Assembly (NCBI GenBank): GCA_040767085.1
Contig: JAXGPF010000013.1
Span: 129,093-193,092, forward strand
Length of the DNA stretch: 64,000 bases
From: Kiritimatiellia bacterium
Lineage (GTDB): Bacteria; Verrucomicrobiota; Kiritimatiellia; JAAZAB01
Reading direction: 5' to 3'
In this document: piece by piece, positions 39,362 through 49,158 of the stretch
How positions within the stretch are numbered: position 1 is the first letter of the stretch
Layout of the letters: each line of letters starts with the position of its first letter
Translations under genes and position numbers: made by a program
Notes under the pieces: model-generated
What the model saw: the letters and a program-made list of their open reading frames with translations, nothing else
The model's database searches: none
Told to the model about the DNA's origin: nothing

Positions 39362-39751
39362 ATGAAAGCCATCCGCACCGCTGAAGCCCCGGCGGCAATC
39401 GGTCCATACAGCCAGGCAATCGCGGAGGGCGCCTTGCTTTTTACGTCCGGGCAACTGCCCCTTGACCCGGTCACGGGTGAACTACGCAATAGTGATATTG
39501 CCACTGCCGCCCGCCAGGCCCTCCTGAACCTGCAAGCTGTGCTTGTTGCCGGCGGGGCCGGCATCAACACCGTGATCAAGACCCAGGTGTTTTTAAAGGA
39601 TATGCGGGACTTCCAGTCCTTCAACAGTGTCTATGCTGGATTCTTCCATGAACCGTTTCCGGCAAGAAGTTGTATCCAGGTCGCTGCGCTACCCCGGGAC
39701 GCGCTGGTGGAAATTGAAGCGGTTGCGGCGATAAAGAACGCGGCGGAATAA
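39362..39751 (+). CDS. RidA family enamine/imine deaminase
   Basis: APAAIGPYSQA, SGQLP, FPARS..QVAALP, VEIEA. Confidence 0.92.
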   Translation: MKAIRTAEAPAAIGPYSQAIAEGALLFTSGQLPLDPVTGELRNSDIATAARQALLNLQAVLVAGGAGINTVIKTQVFLKDMRDFQSFNSVYAGFFHEPFPARSCIQVAALPRDALVEIEAVAAIKNAAE

Positions 39752-39830
39752 ATGACTTGGATGGCTGCGCATAGCTGGCGCATAATTCCTTGAAATGTCA
39801 GAAGGCATATGATATGTTTTGTTTCACTTT

Positions 39831-40067
39831 ATGAGTGAAACAATACTTGCGTTCTTGAATCAGGATGACCGGGCAACGGTCATCGCCCTGCAAGGTGGTA
39901 GCGGCTTTCAACGTCGAGTCCGGAGCTTGGGTCTGCAAGAGGGTAAGCTGATCCGCGTGGTGGCCAAACATCACTTTGCCGGCCCCTTGGTCGTCGAACT
40001 GAACCGGCGCCATATCACCATCGGGCGCGGCATGGCCCGGAAAATTACCGTTGCGCCGGCGCAATGA
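39831..40067 (+). CDS. feoA: Ferrous iron transport protein A
   Basis: RRVRSLGL..G, GPLVV, IGRGMARKI; directly before feoB. Confidence 0.85.
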   Translation: MSETILAFLNQDDRATVIALQGGSGFQRRVRSLGLQEGKLIRVVAKHHFAGPLVVELNRRHITIGRGMARKITVAPAQ

Positions 40068-41773
40068 AAACCATTCTCCTGATCGGCGACCCCAATGTCG
40101 GCAAGAGCGTCCTCTTTTCCCGGTTGACGGGCGCGGACGTGATTGCTTCAAATTATCCCGGCACGACGGTGGACTACCTGAAGGGGCGGATGAATCTTCA
40201 CGGGGAATCCGTGGAAATTATTGATGCCCCGGGCGTCTATTCGTTGGAAACGACCAACAAGGCGGAGACCGTCGCTGTTTCGCTGCTGGATCAAGCCGAT
40301 CTGATCGTGAATGTCGTTGATGCCACAAGCCTTGAGCGCTGCTTGCTCCTGACGGTGGAACTGCTGGCCAAGCGCAAGCCGGTTGTCGTGGCGCTGAACA
40401 TGTGGGATGAAGCCCAGCACTTGGGCATCCATATTGATGTCCGCGAATTAGAAAATGTTCTGCAAGTGCCCGTCGTGCCCACGGTAGCCATTACTGCCGA
40501 AGGTGTGAAGGAACTGGTCCAAAAACTGGGCGCGGCGAGGATTTCCAAATGTCATCAACCGGAAGGCGACGATCAGGTCTGGACGGAAATCGGGCGTATT
40601 GTCCGCCAGGTGCAGACCGTCACCCCGCGTCATCATAGCATCTGGGACCGGTTGACGGATGCCACGGTGCAATCCTATACCGGCTGGCTGGCGGCAGCGG
40701 TGGTGTTGCTGGCGCTCTTTTGGCTGGTCCGCATCGTCGGCGAGGGCCTCATTCGCTATGGTGTTGAGCCGGTGTTTGAGTTGTATCGCGTGCCGGTGGC
40801 CGCCTTGAGCCGCTGGCTCGGTGCCGGCTGGATGCATGACCTTTTAATTGGAATCTTGATTGACGGGCAAATTGATTATGTCCAGTCCATGGGTATTCTC
40901 ACCACCGGTCTTTTTGTGCCGTTGGGCATGGTGCTGCCCTATATCATCGCGTTTTATCTGGCCCTGGCCGTGCTGGAGGATTCCGGGTATCTGCCGCGGC
41001 TGGCCACGGTGACCGACAACCTGTTTCATAAATTGGGGTTGCATGGCCACGGTATTATTCCTGTCTTGCTGGGCTTAGGCTGCAACGTTCCCGGCGTGTT
41101 GTCCGCGCGCATTCTGGAGACGCGCAAGCAGCGTTTTATTGCTGCCACCCTCGTCAGCGTGACCGTGCCCTGCATGGCGCAAAGCGCCATGATTTTCGGC
41201 GTGCTCGGCCATTATGGTTTGCGCTACATCCTGCTGGTTTATGGAGTGTTGGCGGCCGTGTTCATTCTGGTCGGGCTGGCGCTCAATAAAACAGCGCAAG
41301 GCGAATGTCCGGAACTGTTTTTGGATATTCCGCCGTATCGCTGGCCGAGCCTGTCAGCGGTTGCCAAGAAAACCTGGATGCGGGTCCGTTGGTTTGTGTC
41401 GGAAGCGGTGCCATTCCTTTTCCTGGGAATCCTGGCAATGGGCATCCTGAACGCTTTTGGCGTCATAGGTCATCTCTCCCGTTTTTTAACGCCGTTTATG
41501 CAAGCCTGGTTTGGCCTGCCCGGCGCGGCGGCGCCGGCTTTGTTAAGCGGTTTTTTACGCAAGGATTTAGCCGTGGGGATGCTTGTGCCTTTGGCGCTGA
41601 CTCCCGCCCAACTGACCATCGCCGTGACGGTGCTTACTTTGTACTTCCCCTGTGTGGCCACGTTCGTTGTCCTGCTCAAGGAACTGGGCATCAAAGATAT
41701 GCTGAAAGCCTTAGCCGTCATGATCTTGACGTCGCTGATTGTTGGCGGCTTGCTGCGCATGCTCCTCATTTGA
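40064..41773 (+). CDS. feoB: Ferrous iron transport protein B
   Basis: GDPNVGKS, NYPGTTV, DAPGVYS, NMWD, LEDSGYLPR, GCNVPG, YFPCVAT. Confidence 0.92.
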   Translation: MKTILLIGDPNVGKSVLFSRLTGADVIASNYPGTTVDYLKGRMNLHGESVEIIDAPGVYSLETTNKAETVAVSLLDQADLIVNVVDATSLERCLLLTVELLAKRKPVVVALNMWDEAQHLGIHIDVRELENVLQVPVVPTVAITAEGVKELVQKLGAARISKCHQPEGDDQVWTEIGRIVRQVQTVTPRHHSIWDRLTDATVQSYTGWLAAAVVLLALFWLVRIVGEGLIRYGVEPVFELYRVPVAALSRWLGAGWMHDLLIGILIDGQIDYVQSMGILTTGLFVPLGMVLPYIIAFYLALAVLEDSGYLPRLATVTDNLFHKLGLHGHGIIPVLLGLGCNVPGVLSARILETRKQRFIAATLVSVTVPCMAQSAMIFGVLGHYGLRYILLVYGVLAAVFILVGLALNKTAQGECPELFLDIPPYRWPSLSAVAKKTWMRVRWFVSEAVPFLFLGILAMGILNAFGVIGHLSRFLTPFMQAWFGLPGAAAPALLSGFLRKDLAVGMLVPLALTPAQLTIAVTVLTLYFPCVATFVVLLKELGIKDMLKALAVMILTSLIVGGLLRMLLI

Positions 41774-41785
41774 ACTGTCTTGATC

Positions 41786-41931
41786 CCTGAATATTGCACG
41801 AATATTGGCGTTTTCTGAAACTATGTTCGCGTAATCATATAGGTGACAGCAAGTAACTGTGTAAATTTTAATTTGCACGTTCTATTCTTGCTTTAAATCA
41901 ATATGACGCCAATACTCGTGCAAAATTCAGG
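41786..41931. mobile_element. MITE, CCTGAATTTTGCAC family, 146 bp without the structured insert
   Basis: CCTGAATATTGCACGAATATTGGCGT / ACGCCAATACTCGTGCAAAATTCAGG, 24/26 complementary. Confidence 0.78.
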
Positions 41932-41995
41932 TATGCAATTTCAGGATATAGTGGAACAGGATTAATCGGCGGCGAACCCGCCGGAAAGGACAAAC

Positions 41996-42679
41996 ATGAG
42001 CATCCGACCGGAAGTCTGGCCGTTTATTTTGATTGTTTCGCTGTTCTTCGGAACGCTGGGGCTGATCCTGGCGCGCCGGGGCCGGCGCCGCGCGGCGGTG
42101 TGGCTTGCCGTCGGCATCCTGGAATTCGTCAGCCTGGCGTATTTGTTGTATTTCTTCCGCGACCCGGAACGCCTGTCGCCCGGCCGCGATGATATTGCCG
42201 TTGCCGCTGCCGACGGCGTCATCGCCGCCATTACCAATGTTTACGAGGGGCAATACCTGCAGACCAACTGCGTGCGGATCAGCATTTTCCTCAGCTTGTT
42301 TGATGTGCATGTCAACCGCGCGCCGATTGCCGGCCAGTCCAGTTTCCTGGGGTATTTCCCCGGGCGGCACCTGTTCACCTTCCAGGAGAAGTCATCGGAT
42401 GTCAACCAGCATAATAAAATCCTGATCGAAGGCCGGCATACCCGCTGCCTGATTACCCAGATCGTCGGGCCGGTCTGCCGGCGGGTGGTCTATTGGCCGG
42501 ACCATGACCGGCCCGTGCCGCTCCGGCAGGGCGACCGTTTCGGCATGATGAAATTCGGCTCGCGCCTGGATATGTACTTTCCGGAGGACGCCGTGGAAGT
42601 GGGGGTGGCGCTGGGCGACAAGGTCCGCGCCGGCGAAACGGTGGTGGCGCGCATTGACGCCGGGACGGGCAATCCTTGA
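41996..42679 (+). CDS. psd: Phosphatidylserine decarboxylase family proenzyme, copy 2
   Basis: Same motifs as 36431-37120, with long identical protein stretches. Confidence 0.88.
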   Translation: MSIRPEVWPFILIVSLFFGTLGLILARRGRRRAAVWLAVGILEFVSLAYLLYFFRDPERLSPGRDDIAVAAADGVIAAITNVYEGQYLQTNCVRISIFLSLFDVHVNRAPIAGQSSFLGYFPGRHLFTFQEKSSDVNQHNKILIEGRHTRCLITQIVGPVCRRVVYWPDHDRPVPLRQGDRFGMMKFGSRLDMYFPEDAVEVGVALGDKVRAGETVVARIDAGTGNP

Positions 42680-42700
42680 AAGGGCGGCAGGCAAGCATTC

Positions 42701-43525
42701 ATGATCAAAATCACGGTTATTGCTGAAAATACCGCCGCGCGGGCGGATGTGCTGGGCGAGCATGGGCTGGCTTTCTGGATCGAAACACCCGCGGGGCGGG
42801 TGCTGTTTGACGCCGGCCAGGCGCTTTCGTTCCGGCATAATATCGGCGCTTTGGGCATCCCGCTGGAACAGGCCGATGCCGTGGTTTTGAGCCATGGCCA
42901 TTCGGACCATACCGGCGGCCTGGCCTGGACGCTGGCCGCCGCCGCGTCCGCGCGCGTCTGTCTGCATCCCGCCGCGCTGCTGCCGCGGTTCAGCCGCCAC
43001 GGCGGCCGCCCGCGCGCGATCGGCATGCCGGAAGATGCCCGCGCCGCTTTGCAGAACTGCGGCCGCCGCCTGGAGCAGACGGCGCAGCCGGCCGAGATTC
43101 TCCCCGGCGTGCGCGTAACCGGTTTTGTTCCGCGGAAAAGCGAATTGGAAGATACCGGCGGACCGTTTTTCCTGGATGCCGCCGGCGTTCAGCCCGATCC
43201 GATTGAAGACGACCAGGCCTTGTGGCTGGATACGCCGGACGGCCTGGTCGTGGTGCTGGGCTGCGCCCATGCCGGTGTGATCAATACCCTGGAACATATC
43301 AGGAGCCTGGCCGGGGATCGCCCGCTCCGGGCCTTGCTGGGCGGCCTGCACCTGGGCGCGGCCTCGCCGGCGCGCCTGGCGTGGACCATCGCCGAGTTGC
43401 GGAAATGGCAGCCGCGGCAGCTTCTGCCCATGCATTGCACCGGGCTCCCGGCGTCGGCTGCTTTATGGAACGCCTTCCCGGGGTGCTGCGCCGCCGCGGG
43501 TGCCGGGGCAACGTTTGAGTTCTAA
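42701..43525 (+). CDS. MBL-fold metallohydrolase, copy 2
   Basis: LSHGHSDHTGGL, GCAHAG, HCTG; paralog of 37117-37953. Confidence 0.9.
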   Translation: MIKITVIAENTAARADVLGEHGLAFWIETPAGRVLFDAGQALSFRHNIGALGIPLEQADAVVLSHGHSDHTGGLAWTLAAAASARVCLHPAALLPRFSRHGGRPRAIGMPEDARAALQNCGRRLEQTAQPAEILPGVRVTGFVPRKSELEDTGGPFFLDAAGVQPDPIEDDQALWLDTPDGLVVVLGCAHAGVINTLEHIRSLAGDRPLRALLGGLHLGAASPARLAWTIAELRKWQPRQLLPMHCTGLPASAALWNAFPGCCAAAGAGATFEF

Positions 43526-43612
43526 GGTCGGACCGCCCGGTCCGCCTTGATCCGGCGGATGCGCCGGAAACATTGGCGGCGGCTTACCTGGCCGGAACCC
43601 TGACCACCGGCG

Positions 43613-44461
43613 CTAACGTTTGCGATCATTGAGCCAGTGTGAAAACGCCGAGGGCGAGGCGAAGCCTAATTGATCGGATATTTCCTTCAGACTGAGGCCG
43701 TTGGCGCGCAACGCATTCGCTTTGCGCCGCCGGCATTGGTTGACGTAGGTGTGGACGGTCTGATGGGTTTCCTGTTTGAACAGGCGCAGAAAATGGAATT
43801 TGCTGTAGCCGGCCAGGTGCGCCAGGTGGTCAAGGTTGGCGTTGCGCCCGCCGGTATCCAGAATATGCCGCCGGATGGCGGCGATTTTACGGGCGAGCAA
43901 CATCTGGCGATCCGGTAGTTTTTCCGCGCGCTGTGAGTTGTCGGCTATCAAGCCCGCCAGCAGGGCGGCCACCAGCGCCGTGAGGCGCAGGCGTAATTCC
44001 GCCGCCGGCATATGTTCGGCAGGCAGCGGCAAGGGGCAGGGCAATCCGCACTGTTCCAAGGTGATCATGCTGTTCACGCGGCCACTGTAACTGACACGGT
44101 TATGGCGGCCGGTGAGCGCGCGCGCCAGCACCTTGCCTTGCATGACTCCGATCCAGAGATGTTCAAAATCGCCATGGTCAGGCGGATAGCCGCAGGGGTG
44201 CGGTTGGCGGGGTAAGAATATGAAAATTGTTCCCGGACGGCAACGGAAGACTTTGCCGTCCAGGCCATACCCCCCGCGCCCGCGCAGCACCATCATGATG
44301 TCCAGGCAGGAATGTTCGTGCAGATGGGTGCGCAACCAGTTCTTCAGCGCCGGCGCCGGATTGGCGGTGGGCAGCGTATCGCATCCATGATAAATCAAGC
44401 GCCATGTAGCCGGGGTGGTTAATACCCGGCGGATTGCTGGATATCGCAGGAATTGGCGCAT
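43613..44461 (-). CDS. AraC-family transcriptional regulator
   Basis: Cupin-like HEH..CLDIM..H; LAHLAGYSKFHFLRLFK; LKEISDQLGFASPSAFS; start placed at MRQFLR. Confidence 0.9.
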   Translation of the reverse strand: MRQFLRYPAIRRVLTTPATWRLIYHGCDTLPTANPAPALKNWLRTHLHEHSCLDIMMVLRGRGGYGLDGKVFRCRPGTIFIFLPRQPHPCGYPPDHGDFEHLWIGVMQGKVLARALTGRHNRVSYSGRVNSMITLEQCGLPCPLPLPAEHMPAAELRLRLTALVAALLAGLIADNSQRAEKLPDRQMLLARKIAAIRRHILDTGGRNANLDHLAHLAGYSKFHFLRLFKQETHQTVHTYVNQCRRRKANALRANGLSLKEISDQLGFASPSAFSHWLNDRKR

Positions 44462-44707
44462 GATTAACTCTTCAGAAAATAAATCCTTAAAATTTAATGG
44501 CAGAACCATACTCCAGCGATAATCCCGTGTCAATTTCCGCTTTTCGCCGGCTCCATTCCTGTCAAAAAAACCGCAATTTCTTTCAACTAATCGCAATGAT
44601 GAGCGCTTGCAGAAAAAACCATGGTTTGCCAGGATGATTCCCGGTAGATCGAAGCGGCCGGCGCCAGTTGGCCCGGATCGCGTAAAATGGATTGAAGGAT
44701 GGTTTTT

Positions 44708-46030
44708 ATGCAAAAAAAATCAGGAACAGTTCCGCGGCGGCAATCGAAGCTGACTCAGCACGCATTGGCGCTGGCCGGCGGCGCGCCGGCGGTGCGCGCC
44801 CAAGCCCCGGCCTGGCCGATGGCGGGTGACTTGGAAGTAGCCTGGATGGAAGGCGTGGTGCGCAGCGGCAAGTGGAGTTGGATGGGGCCGCATGAGACGG
44901 CGTTTTGTCAGGAATACAAAAGTTTTATCGGCAGCCGGCATTGCCTGTGCCTGGCCAATGGCACGGTGACCCTGCAATGCGCTTTGCAGGCGGTGGGAGT
45001 CAAACCGGGCGATGAGGTGATTGTGCCGGGTTTGACCTGGGTGGCCACGGCGCAGGCGGCCATGGATATTGGCGCGAATGTGGTGCTGGCGGATATCAAT
45101 CCGGAAACGCTTTGCCTGGATCCGGGCGCATTTGAAAAAGCCGTCACGCCGCGCACCCGCGCGGTGATTCCGGTGCATTTGTATGGCTGCATGTGCGATA
45201 TGGATGCCATCATGGCGATTGCGCGCCGGCATAGCCTGAAGGTGGTGGAGGACGTGGCGCATCAGCATGGCAGCCGCTGGCGGAACCAGGGCGCCGGCGC
45301 CATCGGCGATGCCGGCAGCTTTTCGTTCCAGCAGAGCAAACCGTTGACCTGCGGCGAAGGCGGCGCGGTGACGACCAATGACGATGAAGTCTATCGTATT
45401 GTGCATTGTCTGAAACAGGTCGGGTGGGGGCCGGATAGCAAGCCCGGGAACGAATATGGGCACAACTACCGGATCACCGAAATGCAGGCGGTATTACTGC
45501 GTGGCGGATTGCAGCGTCTGCCGGAACAGACTTGGAAACGCGAGGAGAGCGCGGCGTATTTGGCGGAGAAACTGGCGGCCATGGGCGGGCCGTTGCAGGC
45601 GGTCCCGCGCGATCCGCGCGTCACTCGCCAGGCCTATTATGCCATGACTTTGAAGTTCAATCCGCAACAGGCCGGCGGCCTTTCCAAGGACGATTATATC
45701 AAGGTCCTGGCTGCCGAAGGCTGCGGCGTGGGGAACACCTACTCCGCGGTGTATGCCAATCCGCTGTTGAATCTCTATGCCGCCACCAGCCCCGTGCCGT
45801 ATCGCGATCCGAAAATAACGCAGAATTATCGCGAATTGAAACTCCCCGGCGTGGAACGCGCGGTGCATGCGACGGGGTTGGTGCTGATGCATAGGCATTT
45901 GCTGGGCGATCAGTCCTATCTCGATAATTTGCTCTTGGCCGTGCGCAAGGTGAATGATAGACTTCCCCAAGCCCGTAAAATCATCGCCAAGCAGCAAGCC
46001 GCCGCCGCAGCCGTCCAATCCGGCAGATGA
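44708..46030 (+). CDS. DegT/DnrJ/EryC1/StrS-family PLP aminotransferase
   Basis: ANGT, PGDEVIVP, PVHLYG, VEDVAH, SFSFQQSK (PLP Lys), GEGG, NYRITEMQA. Confidence 0.93.
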   Translation: MQKKSGTVPRRQSKLTQHALALAGGAPAVRAQAPAWPMAGDLEVAWMEGVVRSGKWSWMGPHETAFCQEYKSFIGSRHCLCLANGTVTLQCALQAVGVKPGDEVIVPGLTWVATAQAAMDIGANVVLADINPETLCLDPGAFEKAVTPRTRAVIPVHLYGCMCDMDAIMAIARRHSLKVVEDVAHQHGSRWRNQGAGAIGDAGSFSFQQSKPLTCGEGGAVTTNDDEVYRIVHCLKQVGWGPDSKPGNEYGHNYRITEMQAVLLRGGLQRLPEQTWKREESAAYLAEKLAAMGGPLQAVPRDPRVTRQAYYAMTLKFNPQQAGGLSKDDYIKVLAAEGCGVGNTYSAVYANPLLNLYAATSPVPYRDPKITQNYRELKLPGVERAVHATGLVLMHRHLLGDQSYLDNLLLAVRKVNDRLPQARKIIAKQQAAAAAVQSGR

Positions 46031-46031
46031 G

Positions 46032-46056
46032 GGTTGCGGCGGCGGCCGCCGCAACC
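46032..46056. repeat. GC-rich hairpin directly after the aminotransferase stop
   Basis: GGTTGCGGCGG-cgg-CCGCCGCAACC. Confidence 0.5.
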
Positions 46057-46201
46057 TGAGTTCGGCTATTGCAGCATTTCAATTCAATAAGTTAGCAAAT
46101 TACACACTAAAGTTTAAAGGGTGAAGGGGTACGGTTCTAAAGTTTTATGCCGGAACAAATTTCCCCGGAACCCGGACATTTTTGAAAGAGACTCACTGAA
46201 A

Positions 46202-47548
46202 ATGGCAACCGAAAACGATTCGAAAAATACGGCGATGAACGCCGGATCCGATTTGCGCGTCGGATTTTCATCCATCACGATTACACCTGCCGAACCGGTC
46301 TGGCTGTATGGGTATGCCTCTCCGCAGCGCCAGCAGCCCTATGCCGGCAAAATACACGATCTATATGTCAACGCCATGGCATGCGAAGATGCCGCCGGCG
46401 GCCGGGTGGTCCTCGTCACGCTTGATCTTTGCGTGATGCGCAAGCGCGAGGCGGAACAGGTCATGGCGCGTTTGATGAACCGGACGGGCTTGCCCCCGGA
46501 AAGAATTCTAATCAACCTGTCGCATACCCATTCCGGCCCGATGATCGGCACCGAAGACCCGCAACGGTACCCTTTGCCGCCTGTCATGCAGAGCAGGATT
46601 GCGGAATACACGCACTGGTTGATTGAGCGTGTCGCGGAGTCAGCCGCGAAGGCGCTGGCGGATTTGCGGCCGGCGGAGGTCAGTTGGGGCAGGGGCCGTG
46701 TGAGTTTCGTGCGCAATCGGCGCAAGTATGGCGAAGATGGACGCTACGCGGGTATGGGGGCCAATCCTGACGGTTACAGCGATCCCCGTGTAACAGTTTT
46801 ACGGGTTACGGACCCCGACGGAACGATCCGCGGCATAATTAGCTCCCTGGCATGTCACGCCGTAACGCTCGGTCCTAAAAATCTCATGCTCTGCGGCGAT
46901 TATCCCGCTTTCGCCAAGCATGATCTCGCGGAGCGGCATCCGCACGCCGTACCGCTGTTTGTGCAGGGGTGCGGCGCGGATGCCAATACTTATCCGCGCG
47001 CCACGCCGGATCAAATGGAATGGGCCCGGCGTCACGGCCGCGAACTTGCCGATGAGGTTGACCGCGTTATGGCCGGGCCCCTGGCGCCCGTCAGGGGCCC
47101 GATTGGCGCGGGCAAGGAATGGCTGGATTTGCCTTTGCTCCAACAATCCCGGCAGGAATTGGAGGCGGGCTTAAAAGGGCCGAGTTCGGTGGCGCAAGCA
47201 AATGCCCGCAGAATCATGGAACTGATTAACCGCGGCGAAATCCCGCCGGTCAGCCACCGCGCGATGGTCGGACTTTGGCGATTTGGCAATGATTTGACGC
47301 TCGTGGCCTTGCCGGGCGAGACGGTGTCGGGATACGCTGTCCGGATGGAGGAAATCGTCAATCCGGATCGACTGTGGGTGGCTGGTTACTGCGACGAAGT
47401 ATTCGGCTACCTGCCTAACGCCGACATTGTCCGCGAGGGCGGCTATGAAAATCGCGGCCTGGTCCGCGAGGTCGGGCAATTCGATGCTGCGGTGGAAGAT
47501 GTTGTGGTTGATGGTGTGCGCCGTTTGGCGCTTTCCGTGCATGTCTGA
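46202..47548 (+). CDS. Neutral/alkaline ceramidase-like metalloamidase
   Basis: ITP....LYGY, SHTHSGP, NRR, ACHAVTL, DYP, QGCGAD, LPGE, GYLP, GGYE; start uncertain (46202 or 46235). Confidence 0.8.
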   Translation: MATENDSKNTAMNAGSDLRVGFSSITITPAEPVWLYGYASPQRQQPYAGKIHDLYVNAMACEDAAGGRVVLVTLDLCVMRKREAEQVMARLMNRTGLPPERILINLSHTHSGPMIGTEDPQRYPLPPVMQSRIAEYTHWLIERVAESAAKALADLRPAEVSWGRGRVSFVRNRRKYGEDGRYAGMGANPDGYSDPRVTVLRVTDPDGTIRGIISSLACHAVTLGPKNLMLCGDYPAFAKHDLAERHPHAVPLFVQGCGADANTYPRATPDQMEWARRHGRELADEVDRVMAGPLAPVRGPIGAGKEWLDLPLLQQSRQELEAGLKGPSSVAQANARRIMELINRGEIPPVSHRAMVGLWRFGNDLTLVALPGETVSGYAVRMEEIVNPDRLWVAGYCDEVFGYLPNADIVREGGYENRGLVREVGQFDAAVEDVVVDGVRRLALSVHV

Positions 47549-47617
47549 TGCAATCATCCATGGTAAAAGGATAAAACCATGCGTGCGCCAAGCGAAGCTG
47601 GCGCATACCAAGCCGGC

Positions 47618-47751
47618 GAAGTCTATCGTATTATGCATTGCCTGAAACAGGTCGGGTTGGGGCCGGATAGCAAGCCCGGGAATGAATATGGGCACAACTA
47701 CCGGATAACAGGCGGCGGCCCCTGAACCTGAGTTCGGCTATTGCGGCATTT
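47618..47751 (+). pseudogene. Internally deleted relic of the upstream aminotransferase gene and its 3' flank
   Basis: 47618-47706 matches 45386-45474 at 85/89 nt; 47725-47751 matches 46053-46079. Confidence 0.75.
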
Positions 47752-47753
47752 AA

Positions 47754-49118
47754 ATGAAAATATTAATCAAATTACGGATAAAAGCCGTGATTGCCGGGGT
47801 GGTGCCGGCGTGTTTGGCGTTGGCGGGGCAACCCGCGCAACCGGCCGATGGCTTGCGGTGGTTTCGCGGCCAGTTGCACGCCCATACCTATTGGTCGGAT
47901 GGCCGGGGTTTCCCCGAGCAGGCCGTCGCGGCTTATCAGCAAAGCGGTTTTGATTTCCTGTGCATCAGCGATCATAACCGTTTTGCGGGTGATACGAATA
48001 CCTGGCGCGAGGTGGCCGACAAGGAGGGCGGCTGGCCGCCGAAAGTCTTGCGCGCCATTTACGAAAACTATATCCGCGATTTTGGCCCGGCCGGGGTGGA
48101 TGTTAAAACCAGGCCGGATGGAGCGGTGGCCTTGGTGCGGTTGAAGACCTTCCCGGAACTCCAGGCCCGATTCGAGCAGCCGGGGAAATTCATCCTCTTG
48201 CCCGGCGTGGAGTTGACCCAGAAACTCGGCGATCTTCACGTGCATTTGAATTACATCAATTTGCCGCGGGTGTTGCCTTGTATCCAGGATGCCCAACTGA
48301 TCAAAAAAGTTCACCCGCCGCAAACTGTCGGCGGCTTGCTGACTTTGAACGCGGCCGAAGCGGCCCAGGCGGCCGCCGGGATGCGCCGGCCGTATGTTCT
48401 CATGCTGAATCATCCTTTCTGGCGCTTCCATGATATTGTGCCCGCGCATTTGCTGGAATGCCCGGCCATCCGGTTTTTTGAAATCTGCAATAGTGGCGCG
48501 GATTTCGCGCCTGATCCGGCGGCGGCCGGCGTCACACCGGACAAATTCTGGGATGCGGTCAACGCCTTCCGCTGCGCGGCGGGGCAGGATTTGCTGTACG
48601 GCGTCGGGTCGGATGACGCGCATTATTACGATGCGGCGCGCATCCATGGGAAGAATGGCGTGGGCGATGCCTGGGTGATGGTGCGGGCGGCGGAACTGAC
48701 CCCGGAACATTTGCTCGCGGCCATGCAGGCCGGAGATTTTTACGCCACCTGCGGCGTGCTCTTGGAGGACGTCGCTTTTTCGCCTTCCGACCAAACCCTG
48801 CGGGTGCGGGTCCAAGCGGCGCCGGGCGCACAATACCGGATACACTTCATCACCACCAAACGGGATTTTGACCGGACGGTGTCGCCGCTTGCTGCTCCGG
48901 CCGAGAAAAAACGCCCGGCCCGGACCATCCCGATTTACTCGGATAGCATCGGCTGCGTCGTGAAGACAGTCGCAGGCTTGGAAGCGGAATATCGCCTGGC
49001 GGAGGATGATCTTTATGTCCGCGCGCGGGTGGAGTCAAGTCTGCCCGCCCGCATCACGCCGCCATTTCACCCCCTCGTGCAGACGGCCTGGACGCAGCCG
49101 TACAAGGCGGTGCAATGA
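47754..49118 (+). CDS. Exported PHP-domain metallohydrolase
   Basis: Signal peptide; WFRGQLHAHTYWSDG, ISDHN, GVELT, NHP, EICN, SDDAH. Confidence 0.82.
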   Translation: MKILIKLRIKAVIAGVVPACLALAGQPAQPADGLRWFRGQLHAHTYWSDGRGFPEQAVAAYQQSGFDFLCISDHNRFAGDTNTWREVADKEGGWPPKVLRAIYENYIRDFGPAGVDVKTRPDGAVALVRLKTFPELQARFEQPGKFILLPGVELTQKLGDLHVHLNYINLPRVLPCIQDAQLIKKVHPPQTVGGLLTLNAAEAAQAAAGMRRPYVLMLNHPFWRFHDIVPAHLLECPAIRFFEICNSGADFAPDPAAAGVTPDKFWDAVNAFRCAAGQDLLYGVGSDDAHYYDAARIHGKNGVGDAWVMVRAAELTPEHLLAAMQAGDFYATCGVLLEDVAFSPSDQTLRVRVQAAPGAQYRIHFITTKRDFDRTVSPLAAPAEKKRPARTIPIYSDSIGCVVKTVAGLEAEYRLAEDDLYVRARVESSLPARITPPFHPLVQTAWTQPYKAVQ

Positions 49119-49158
49119 ATTTGTGCATGCTGAATTGCGCGAACCATGGAGAAATAGA

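Noticed and set aside
44462-44713. 84-codon extension of the AraC ORF
   Set aside because: AT-rich divergent promoter region overlapping the aminotransferase start.
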